From Macrostomum lignano (taxonomy: Eukaryota), in contig NIVC01001014.1 of assembly GCA_002269645.1 (NCBI GenBank), positions 124,001 through 188,000 of the forward strand: 64,000 bases of DNA, read 5' to 3'. Both the position numbers and the translations under genes were made by a program. Below the pieces are notes generated by a model. It was not told where the DNA came from, ran no database searches, and saw only the letters and a list, made by a program, of their open reading frames with translations. This document shows positions 50,101 to 62,100 of the stretch, piece after piece (the first letter of the stretch is position 1; each line of letters begins with the position of its first letter).

Positions 50101-53100
50101 AGCCAATCAAGCTGATAAAAAGCCATCAAGCTGATGAAAGCCAATCAAGCTGATAAAAAGCCAGTCAAGCTGATGAAAAGCCAATCAAGCTGATAAAAAG
50201 CCATTCAAGCTGATGAAAGCCAATCAAGCTGATAAAAAGCCATTCAAGCTGATGAAGAGCCAATCAAGCTGATAAAAAGCCATCAAGCTGATGAAAAGCC
50301 AATCAAGCTGATAAAAAGCCATCAAGCTGATAAAAGCCAATCAAGCTGATGAAAAGCCATCAAGCTGATGAAAAGCCAATCAAGCTGATAAAAGCCATCA
50401 AGCTGATGAAAAGCCAATCAAGCTGATAAAAAGCCATCAAGCTGATAAAAAGCCAATCAAGCTGATGAAAGCCAATCAAGCTGATAAAAAGCCATTCAAG
50501 CTGATGAAGAGCCAATCAAGCTGATAAAAAGCCATCAAGCTGATGAAGAGCCAATCAAGCTGATAAAAAGCCATCAAGCTGATGAAGAGCCAATCAAGCT
50601 GATAAAAAGTCAAGCTGATGAAGAGCCAATCAAGCTGATAAAAAGCCATTCAAGCTGATGAAGAGCCAATCAAGCTGATAAAAAGCCATTCAAGCTGATG
50701 AAGAGCCAATCAAGCTGATAAAAAGCCATTCAAGCTGATGAAGAGCCAATCAAGCTGATAAAAAGCCAGTCAAGCTGATGAAAGCCAATCAAGCTGATAA
50801 AAAGCCATTCAAGCTGATGAAGAGCCAATCAAGCTGATAAAAAGCCATCAAGCTGATGAAGAGCCAATCAAGCTGATAAAAAGCCATCAAGCTGATGAAA
50901 AGCCAATCAAGCTGATAAAAAGCCATTCAAGCTGATGAAAGCCAATCAAGCTGATAAAAAGCCATTCAAGCTGATGAAGAGCCAATCAAGCTGATAAAAA
51001 GCCATCAAGCTGATGAAAGCCAATCAAGCTGATAAAAAGCCAATCAAGCTGATGCCAAAGCTGATGAAGAGCCAATCAAGCTGATAAAAAGCTTCAAGCT
51101 GATGAAGAGCCAATCAAGCTGATAAAAAGCCATTCAAGCTGATGAAGAGCCAATCAAGCTGATAAAAAGTCTTTCAAGCTGATGAAGAGCCAATCAAGCT
51201 GATAAAAAGCCATTCAAGCTGATGAAGAGCCAATCAAGCTGATAAAAAGTCTTTCAAGCTGATGAAGAGCCAATCAAGCTGATAAAAAGCCAGTCAAGCT
51301 GATGAAGAGCCAATCAAGCTGATAAAAAGCCAGTCAAGCTGATGAAAAGCCAATCAAGCTGATAAAAAGCCAGTCAAGCTGATGAAAAGCCAATCAAGCT
51401 GATAAAAAGCCATTCAAGCTGATGAAGAGCCAATCAAGCTGATAAAAAGCCAGTCAAGCTGATGAAAAGCCAATCAAGCTGATAAAAAGCCATTCAAGCT
51501 GATAAAAAGCCAATCAAGCTGATAAAAAGCCAGTCAAGCTGATGAAAAGCCAATCAAGCTGATAAAAGCCAATCAAGCTGATGAAAAGCCAATCAAGCTG
51601 ATAAAAAGCCATTCAAGCTATAAAAAGTCTTTCAAGCTGATGAAGAGCCAATCAAGCTGATAAAAAGCCATTCAAGCTGATGAAGAGCCAATCAAGCTGA
51701 TAAAAAGCCAGTCAAGCTGATGAAAAGCCAATCAAGCTGATAAAAAGCCATCAAGCTGATGAAGAGCCAATCAAGCTGATAAAAAGCCATCAAGCTGATG
51801 AAGAGCCAATCAAGCTGATAAAAAGCTTTCAAGCTGATGAAGAGCCAATCAAGCTGATAAAAAGCCATTCAAGCTGATGAAGAGCCAATCAAGCTGATAA
51901 AAAGCCAGTCAAGCTGATGAAAAGCCAATCAAGCTGATAAAAAGCCATTCAAGCTGATGAAGAGCCAATCAAGCTGATAAAAAGCTTTCAAGCTGATGAA
52001 GAGCCAATCAAGCTGATAAAAAGCCATTCAAGCTGATAAAAGCCATCAAGCTGATGAAAAGCCAATCAAGCTGATAAAAGCCAATCAAGCTGATGAAAAG
52101 CCAATCAAGCTGATAAAAAGCCAATCAAGCTGATAAAAAGTCTTTCAAGCTGATGAAGAGCCAATCAAGCTGATAAAAAGCCATTCAAGCTGATGAAGAG
52201 CCAATCAAGCTGATAAAAAGCCAGTCAAGCTGATGAAGAGCCAATCAAGCTGATAAAAAGTCAAGCTGATGAAGAGCCAATCAAGCTGATAAAAAGCCAT
52301 TCAAGCTGATGAAGAGCCAATCAAGCTGATAAAAAGTCTTTCAAGCTGATGAAGAGCCAATCAAGCTGATAAAAAGCCATTCAAGCTGATGAAAGCCAAT
52401 CAAGCTGATAAAAAGTCAAGCTGATGAAAAGCCAATCAAGCTGATAAAAAGCCAGTCAAGCTGATGAAAGCCAATCAAGCTGATAAAAGCCAATCAAGCT
52501 GATGAAAAGCCAATCAAGCTGATAAAAAGCCATTCAAGCTATAAAAAGTCTTTCAAGCTGATGAAGAGCCAATCAAGCTGATAAAAAGCCATTCAAGCTG
52601 ATGAAGAGCCAATCAAGCTGATAAAAAGCCAGTCAAGCTGATGAAAAGCCAATCAAGCTGATAAAAGCCATCAAGCTGATGAAGAGCCAATCAAGCTGAT
52701 AAAAGCCATCAAGCTGATGAAGAGCCAATCAAGCTGATAAAAAGTCTTTCAAGCTGATGAAGAGCCAATCAAGCTGATAAAAAGCCATTCAAGCTGATGA
52801 AGAGCCAATCAAGCTGATAAAAAGCCAGTCAAGCTGATGAAAAGCCAATCAAGCTGATAAAAAGCCATCAAGCTGATGAAGAGCCAATCAAGCTGATAAA
52901 AAGCTTCAAGCTGATGAAGAGCCAATCAAGCTGATAAAAAGCCATTCAAGCTGATGAAGAGCCAATCAAGCTGATAAAAAGCTTCAAGCTGATGAAGAGC
53001 CAATCAAGCTGATAAAAAGCCATCAAGCTGATGAAGAGCCAATCAAGCTGATAAAAAGCCAGTCAAGCTGATGAAAAGCCAATCAAGCTGATAAAAAGCC

Positions 53101-56100
53101 AGTCAAGCTGATGAAAGCCAATCAAGCTGATAAAAAGCCATTCAAGCTGATGAAGAGCCAATCAAGCTGATAAAAAGCCAGTCAAGCTGATGAAAAGTCA
53201 ATCAAGCTGATAAAAAGCCATTCAAGCTGATAAAAAGCCAGTCAAGCTGATGAAAAGCCAATCAAGCTGATAAAAGCCAATCAAGCTGATGAAAAGCCAA
53301 TCAAGCTGATAAAAAGCCATCAAGCTGATAAAAAGTCTTTCAAGCTGATGAAGAGCCAATCAAGCTGATAAAAAGCCATTCAAGCTGATGAAAGCCAATC
53401 AAGCTGATAAAAAGCCAGTCAAGCTGATGAAAAGCCATCAAGCTGATAAAAAGCCAATCAAGCTGATGAAAAAGCCAATCAAGCTGATGAAAAGCCAATC
53501 AAGCTGATAAAAGCCAATCAAGCTGATGAAAAGCCAATCAAGCTGATAAAAAGCCAATCAAGCTGATAAAAAGTCTTTCAAGCTGATGAAGAGCCAATCA
53601 AGCTGATAAAAAGCCATTCAAGCTGATGAAGAGCCAATCAAGCTGATAAAAAGCCAGTCAAGCTGATGAAAAGCCAATCAAGCTGATAAAAGCCAATCAA
53701 GCTGATGAAGAGCCAATCAAGCTGATAAAAGCCATCAAGCTGATGAAGAGCCAATCAAGCTGATAAAAAGTCTTTCAAGCTGATGAAGAGCCAATCAAGC
53801 TGATAAAAAGCCATTCAAGCTGATGAAGAGCCAATCAAGCTGATAAAAAGCCTTTCAAGCTGATGAAGAGCCAATCAAGCTGATAAAAAGCCATTCAAGC
53901 TGATGAAGAGCCAATCAAGCTGATAAAAAGTCTTTCAAGCTGATGAAGAGCCAATCAAGCTGATAAAAAGCCAGTCAAGCTGATGAAGAGCCAATCAAGC
54001 TGATAAAAAGCCAGTCAAGCTGATGAAAAGCCAATCAAGCTGATAAAAAGCCAGTCAAGCTGATGAAAAGCCAATCAAGCTGATAAAAAGCCATTCAAGC
54101 TGATGAAGAGCCAATCAAGCTGATAAAAAGCCAGTCAAGCTGATGAAAAGCCAATCAAGCTGATAAAAAGCCATTCAAGCTGATAAAAGCCAATCAAGCT
54201 GATAAAAAGCCAGTCAAGCTGATGAAAAGCCAATCAAGCTGATAAAAGCCAATCAAGCTGATGAAAAGCCAATCAAGCTGATAAAAAGCCATTCAAGCTA
54301 ATAAAAAGTCTTTCAAGCTGATGAAGAGCCAATCAAGCTGATAAAAAGCCATTCAAGCTGATGAAGAGCCAATCAAGCTGATAAAAAGCCAGTCAAGCTG
54401 ATGAAAAGCCAATCAAGCTGATAAAAAGCCATCAAGCTGATGAAGAGCCAATCAAGCTGATAAAAAGCCAAAGCTGCTGATGAAGAAGCCAATCAAGCTG
54501 ATAAAAAGTCTTTCAAGCTGATGAAGAGCCAATCAAGCTGATAAAAAGCCATTCAAGCTGATGAAGAGCCAATCAAGCTGATAAAAAGCCAGTCAAGCTG
54601 ATGAAAAGCCAATCAAGCTGATAAAAAGCCATTCAAGCTGATGAAGAGCCAATCAAGCTGATAAAAAGCTTTCAAGCTGATGAAGAGCCAATCAAGCTGA
54701 TAAAAAGCCATTCAAGCTGATGAAGAGCCAATCAAGCTGATAAAAGCTTCAAGCTGATGAAGAGCCAATCAAGCTGATAAAAAGCCATTCAAGCTGATGA
54801 AAGTCAATCAAGCTGATAAAAAGCCATTCAAGCTGATAAAAAGCCAGTCAAGCTGATGAAAAGCCAATCAAGCTGATAAAAGCCAATCAAGCTGATGAAA
54901 AGCCAATCAAGCTGATAAAAAGCCAATCAAGCTGATAAAAAGTCTTTCAAGCTGATGAAGAGCCAATCAAGCTGATAAAAAGCCATTCAAGCTGATGAAG
55001 AGCCAATCAAGCTGATAAAAAGCCAGTCAAGCTGATGAAGAGCCAATCAAGCTGATAAAAAGTCTTCAAGCTGATGAAGAGCCAATCAAGCTGATAAAAG
55101 CTTCAAGCTGATGAAGAGCCAATCAAGCTGATAAAAAGCCAGTCAAGCTGATGAAGAGCCAATCAAGCTGATAAAAAGCCAGTCAAGCTGATGAAAGCCA
55201 ATCAAGCTGATAAAAAGCCAGTCAAGCTGATGAAAAGCCAATCAAGCTGATAAAAAGCCATTCAAGCTGATGAAGAGCCAATCAAGCTGATAAAAAGCCA
55301 GTCAAGCTGATGAAAAGCCAATCAAGCTGATAAAAAGCCATTCAAGCTGATGAAAAGCCAATCAAGCTGATAAAAAGCCAGTCAAGCTGATGAAAAGCCA
55401 ATCAAGCTGATAAAAGCCAATCAAGCTGATGAAAAGCCAATCAAGCTGATAAAAAGCCATCAAGCTAATAAAAAGTCTTTCAAGCTGATGAAGAGCCAAT
55501 CAAGCTGATAAAAAGCCATTCAAGCTGATGAAGAGCCAATCAAGCTGATAAAAAGCCAGTCAAGCTGATGAAAAGCCAATCAAGCTGATAAAAAGCCATC
55601 AAGCTGATGAAGAGCCAATCAAGCTGATAAAAAGCCATCAAGCTGATGAAGAGCCAATCAAGCTGATAAAAAGCCAGTCAAGCTGATGAAAAGCCAATCA
55701 AGCTGATAAAAAGCCATCAAGCTGATGAAGAGCCAATCAAGCTGATAAAAAGTCTTCAAGCTGATGAAGAGCCAATCAAGCTGATAAAAAGCCATTCAAG
55801 CTGATGAAGAGCCAATCAAGCTGATAAAAAGCCAGTCAAGCTGATGAAAAGCCAATCAAGCTGATAAAAAGCCATTCAAGCTGATGAAGAGCCAATCAAG
55901 CTGATAAAAAGCTTTCAAGCTGATGAAGAGCCAATCAAGCTGATAAAAAGCCATTCAAGCTGATGAAGAGCCAATCAAGCTGATAAAAAGCTTCAAGCTG
56001 ATGAAGAGCCAATCAAGCTGATAAAAAGCCATTCAAGCTGATGAAAAGTCAATCAAGCTGATAAAAAGCCATTCAAGCTGATAAAAAGCCAGTCAAGCTG

Positions 56101-59100
56101 ATGAAAAGCCAATCAAGCTGATAAAAGCCAATCAAGCTGATAAAAAGCCATCAAGCTGATAAAAAGCCATCAAGCTGATAAAAAGCCAATCAAGCTGATG
56201 AAAGCCAATCAAGCTGATAAAAAGCCAATCAAGCTGATAAAGCCAATCAAGCTGATAAAAAGCCAGTCAAGCTGATGAAAGCCAATCAAGCTGATAAAAA
56301 GTCTTCAAGCTGATGAAGAGCCAATCAAGCTGATAAAAAGCCATTCAAGCTGATGAAGAGCCAATCAAGCTGATAAAAAGCTTTCAAGCTGATGAAGAGC
56401 CAATCAAGCTGATAAAAAGCCATTCAAGCTGATGAAGAGCCAATCAAGCTGATAAAAAGCCAGTCAAGCTGATGAAAGCCAATCAAGCTGATAAAAAGCC
56501 AGTCAAGCTGATGAAAGCCAATCAAGCTGATAAAAAGCCATTCAAGCTGATGAAGAGCCAATCAAGCTGATAAAAAGCCAGTCAAGCTGATGAAAAGCCA
56601 ATCAAGCTGATAAAAAGCCATCAAGCTGATGAAAGCCAATCAAGCTGATAAAAAGCCAATCAAGCTGATGAAAGCCAATCAAGCTGATGAAAGCCAATCA
56701 AGCTGATAAAAAGCCAATCAAGCTGATGAAAAGCCAATCAAGCTGATAAAAAGCCAATCAAGCTGATGAAGAGCCAATCAAGCTGATAAAAAGCCATCAA
56801 GCTGATGAAGAGCCAATCAAGCTGATAAAAAGCTCAAGCTGATGAAGAGCCAATCAAGCTGATAAAAAGCCATTCAAGCTGATGAAGAGCCAATCAAGCT
56901 GATAAAAAGCCAGTCAAGCTGATGAAAGCCAATCAAGCTGATAAAAAGCCATTCAAGCTGATGAAGAGCCAATCAAGCTGATAAAAAGCCATCAAGCTGA
57001 TGAAGAGCCAATCAAGCTGATAAAAAGCCATCAAGCTGATGAAGAGCCAATCAAGCTGATAAAAAGCCATTCAAGCTGATGAAGAGCCAATCAAGCTGAT
57101 AAAAAGCCATTCAAGCTGATGAAAAGCCAATCAAGCTGATAAAAAGCCATTCAAGCTGATGAAAAGCCAATCAAGCTGATGAAAAGCCAATCAAGCTGAT
57201 GAAAAGCCAATCAAGCTGATGAAAAGCCAATCAAGCTGATGAAAAGCCAATCAAGCTGATAAAAAGCTTTCAAGCTGATGAAGAGCCAATCAAGCTGATA
57301 AAAAGCCATTCAAGCTGATGAAAGCCAATCAAGCTGATAAAAAGCTCAAGCTGATGAGCCAATCAAGCTGATAAAAAGCCATTCAAGCTGATGAAGAGCC
57401 AATCAAGCTGATAAAAAGCTTTCAAGCTGATGAAGAGCCAATCAAGCTGATAAAAAGCCATTCAAGCTGATGAAGAGCCAATCAAGCTGATAAAAAGCCA
57501 GTCAAGCTGATGAAAGCCAATCAAGCTGATAAAAAGCCAGTCAAGCTGATGAAAGCCAATCAAGCTGATAAAAAGCCATTCAAGCTGATGAAGAGCCAAT
57601 CAAGCTGATAAAAAGCCATCAAGCTGATGAAAAGCCAATCAAGCTGATAAAAAGCCATCAAGCTGATGAAGAGCCAATCAAGCTGATAAAAAGCCATCAA
57701 GCTGATGAAGAGCCAATCAAGCTGATAAAAAGCTTCAAGCTGATGAAGAGCCAATCAAGCTGATAAAAAGCCATTCAAGCTGATGAAGAGCCAATCAAGC
57801 TGATAAAAAGCTTTCAAGCTGATGAAGAGCCAATCAAGCTGATAAAAAGCCATTCAAGCTGATGAAGAGCCAATCAAGCTGATAAAAAGCCATCAAGCTG
57901 ATGAAGAGCCAATCAAGCTGATAAAAAGCCATCAAGCTGATGAAGAGCCAATCAAGCTGATAAAAAGCCATCAAGCTGATGAAAGCCAATCAAGCTGATA
58001 AAAAGCCAGTCAAGCTGATGAAAGCCAATCAAGCTGATAAAAAGCCATTCAAGCTGATGAAGAGCCAATCAAGCTGATAAAAAGCCAGTCAAGCTGATGA
58101 AAAGCCAATCAAGCTGATAAAAAGCCATCAAGCTGATGAAAAGCCAATCAAGCTGATAAAAAGCCAGTCAAGCTGATGAAAAGCCAATCAAGCTGATAAA
58201 AAGCCAATCAAGCTGATGAAAAGCCAATCAAGCTGATAAAAAGCCATTCAAGCTGATAAAAAGCTCAAGCTGATGAAAGCCAATCAAGCTGATAAAAAGC
58301 CATTCAAGCTGATGAAAAGCCAATCAAGCTGATAAAAAGCCAGTCAAGCTGATGAAAAGCCAATCAAGCTGATAAAAAGCCATCAAGCTGATGAAGAGCC
58401 AATCAAGCTGATAAAAAGCCATCAAGCTGATGAAGAGCCAATCAAGCTGATAAAAAGCCATTTCAAGCTGATGAAGAGCCAATCAAGCTGATAAAAAGCC
58501 ATTCAAGCTGATGAAGAGCCAATCAAGCTGATAAAAAGCCAGTCAAGCTGATGAAAAGCCAATCAAGCTGATAAAAAGCCATTCAAGCTGATGAAGAGCC
58601 AATCAAGCTGATAAAAAGCTTCAAGCTGATGAAGAGCCAATCAAGCTGATAAAAAGCCATTCAAGCTGATGAAGAGCCAATCAAGCTGATAAAAAGCTCA
58701 AGCTGATGAAGAGCCAATCAAGCTGATAAAAAGCCATCAAGCTGATGAAGAGCCAATCAAGCTGATAAAAAGCCATCAAGCTGATGAAAAGCCAATCAAG
58801 CTGATAAAAAGCCATCAAGCTGATGAAAAGCCAATCAAGCTGATAAAAAGCCATTCAAGCTGATGAAGAGCCAATCAAGCTGATAAAAAGCCATCAAGCT
58901 GATGAAAAGCCAATCAAGCTGATAAAAAGCCATCAAGCTGATGAAAAGCCAATCAAGCTGATGAAAAGCCAATCAAGCTGATAAAAGCCAATCAAGCTGA
59001 TAAAAAGCCAATCAAGCTGATAAAAAGCCAATCAAGCTGATAAAAAGCTTTCAAGCTGATGAAGAGCCAATCAAGCTGATAAAAAGCCATTCAAGCTGAT

Positions 59101-62100
59101 GAAGAGCCAATCAAGCTGATAAAAAGCCATCAAGCTGATGAAGAGCCAATCAAGCTGATAAAAAGCTCAAGCTGATGAAGAGCCAATCAAGCTGATAAAA
59201 AGCCATTCAAGCTGATGAAGAGCCAATCAAGCTGATAAAAAGCTTTCAAGCTGATGAAGAGCCAATCAAGCTGATAAAAAGCCATTCAAGCTGATGAAAG
59301 CCAATCAAGCTGATAAAAAGCCAGTCAAGCTGATGAAAGCCAATCAAGCTGATAAAAAGCCAGTCAAGCTGATGAAAAGCCAATCAAGCTGATAAAAAGC
59401 CATCAAGCTGATGAAAAGCCAATCAAGCTGATAAAAAGCCATCAAGCTGATAAAAAGTCTTTCAAGCTGATGAAGAGCCAATCAAGCTGATAAAAAGCCA
59501 TTCAAGCTGATGAAGAGCCAATCAAGCTGATAAAAAGCCAGTCAAGCTGATGAAAAGCCAATCAAGCTGATAAAAAGCCATCAAGCTGATGAAGAGCCAA
59601 TCAAGCTGATAAAAAGCCATCAAGCTGATGAAGAGCCAATCAAGCTGATAAAAAGCCTTTCAAGCTGATGAAGAGCCAATCAAGCTGATAAAAAGCCATT
59701 CAAGCTGATGAAGAGCCAATCAAGCTGATAAAAAGCCAGTCAAGCTGATGAAAAGCCAATCAAGCTGATAAAAAGCCATTCAAGCTGATGAAGAGCCAAT
59801 CAAGCTGATAAAAAGTCTTTCAAGCTGATGAAGAGCCAATCAAGCTGATAAAAAGCCATTCAAGCTGATGAAGAGCCAATCAAGCTGATAAAAAGCCAGT
59901 CAAGCTGATGAAAAGCCAATCAAGCTGATAAAAAGCCATCAAGCTGATGAAGAGCCAATCAAGCTGATAAAAAGCCAGTCAAGCTGATGAAGAGCCAATC
60001 AAGCTGATAAAAAGCTTTCAAGCTGATGAAGAGCCAATCAAGCTGATAAAAAGCCATTCAAGCTGATGAAGAGCCAATCAAGCTGATAAAAAGCCAGTCA
60101 AGCTGATGAAAAGCCAATCAAGCTGATAAAAAGCCATTCAAGCTGATGAAAGCCAATCAAGCTGATAAAAAGCCAGTCAAGCTGATGAAGCCAATCAAGC
60201 TGATAAAAGCCAATCAAGCTGATGAAAAGCCAATCAAGCTGATAAAAAGCCATCAAGCTGATAAAAAGTCTTTCAAGCTGATGAAAGCCAATCAAGCTGA
60301 TAAAAAGCCATTCAAGCTGATGAAAGCCAATCAAGCTGATAAAAAGCCAGTCAAGCTGATGAAAAGCCAATCAAGCTGATAAAAAGCCAGTCAAGCTGAT
60401 GAAAGCCAATCAAGCTGATAAAAGCCATCAAGCTGATGAAAAATCAAGCTGATAAAAAGCCATCAAGCTGATAAAAAGTCTTCAAGCTGATGAAGAGCCA
60501 ATCAAGCTGATAAAAAGCCATTCAAGCTGATGAAGAGCCAATCAAGCTGATAAAAAGCCAGTCAAGCTGATGAAAAGCCAATCAAGCTGATAAAAAGCCA
60601 TTCAAGCTGATGAAGAGCCAATCAAGCTGATAAAAAGCTTCAAGCTGATGAAGAGCCAATCAAGCTGATAAAAAGCCATTCAAGCTGATGAAGAGCCAAT
60701 CAAGCTGATAAAAAGCCATCAAGCTGATGAAAAGCCAATCAAGCTGATAAAAAGCCATCAAGCTGATGAAGAGCCAATCAAGCTGATAAAAAGCCATCAA
60801 GCTGATGAAGAGCCAATCAAGCTGATAAAAAGCTCAAGCTGATGAAGAGCCAATCAAGCTGATAAAAAGCCATTCAAGCTGATGAAGAGCCAATCAAGCT
60901 GATAAAAAGCCATCAAGCTGATGAAAAGCCAATCAAGCTGATAAAAAGCCAGTCAAGCTGATGAAAAGCCAATCAAGCTGATAAAAAGCCAGTCAAGCTG
61001 ATGAAGCCAATCAAGCTGATAAAAGCCAATCAAGCTGATAAAAGCCAATCAAGCTGATGAAAAAGCCAATCAAGCTGATAAAAAGCTCAAGCTGATGAAA
61101 GCCAATCAAGCTGATAAAAAGCCATTCAAGCTGATGAAAGCCAATCAAGCTGATAAAAAGCCAGTCAAGCTGATGAAAAACCAGTCAAGCTGATGAAAAG
61201 CCAATCAAGCTGATGAAAAAGCCAGTCAAGCTGATGAAAAGCCAATCAAGCTGATAAAAGCCAATCAAGCTGATGAAAAGCTCAAGCTGATGAAAAAGCC
61301 AATCAAGCTGATAAAAAGCCATTTCAAGCTGATGAAAGCCAATCAAGCTGATAAAAAGCCATTCAAGCTGATGAAAACCAATCAAGCTGATAAAAACCAG
61401 TCAAGCTGATGAAAAGCCAATCAAGCTGATGAAAAGCCAATCAAGCTGATGAAAAGCCAATCAAGCTGATGAAAAGCCAATCAAGCTGATAAAAGCCAAT
61501 CAAGCTGATAAAAAATCAAGCTGATGAAAAAGCCAATCAAGCTGATAAAAAGCTTCAAGCTGATGAAGAGCCAATCAAGCTGATAAAAAGCCATCAAGCT
61601 GATGAAAGCCAATCAAGCTGATAAAAAGCCAGTCAAGCTGATGAAAAGCCAATCAAGCTGATAAAAAGCCAATCAAGCTGATGAAAGCCAATCAAGCTGA
61701 TAAAAAGCCAATCAAGCTGATGAAGAGCCAATCAAGCTGATAAAAAGCCATTCAAGCTGATGAAGAGCCAATCAAGCTGATAAAAAGCCATTCAAGCTGA
61801 TGAAGAGCCAATCAAGCTGATAAAAAGCCATTCAAGCTGATGAAGAGCCAATCAAGCTGATAAAAAGCCATTCAAGCTGATGAAGAGCCAATCAAGCTGA
61901 TAAAAAGCCATCAAGCTGATGAAGAGCCAATCAAGCTGATAAAAAGCCAGTCAAGCTGATGAAGAGCCAATCAAGCTGATAAAAAGCCAGTCAAGCTGAT
62001 GAAAGCCAATCAAGCTGATAAAAAGCCATCAAGCTGATGAAGAGCCAATCAAGCTGATAAAAAGCCATTCAAGCTGATGAAGAGCCAATCAAGCTGATAA

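Noticed and set aside
16335-61385. Listed ORFs inside the satellite (MAFYQLDWLFISL... / MKANQADKKP...)
   Set aside because: These are translations of the repeat. A clean 20-bp monomer puts stops in all frames (TGATGA/TGATAA), so these ORFs appear only where likely-artefactual deletions shift the phase.
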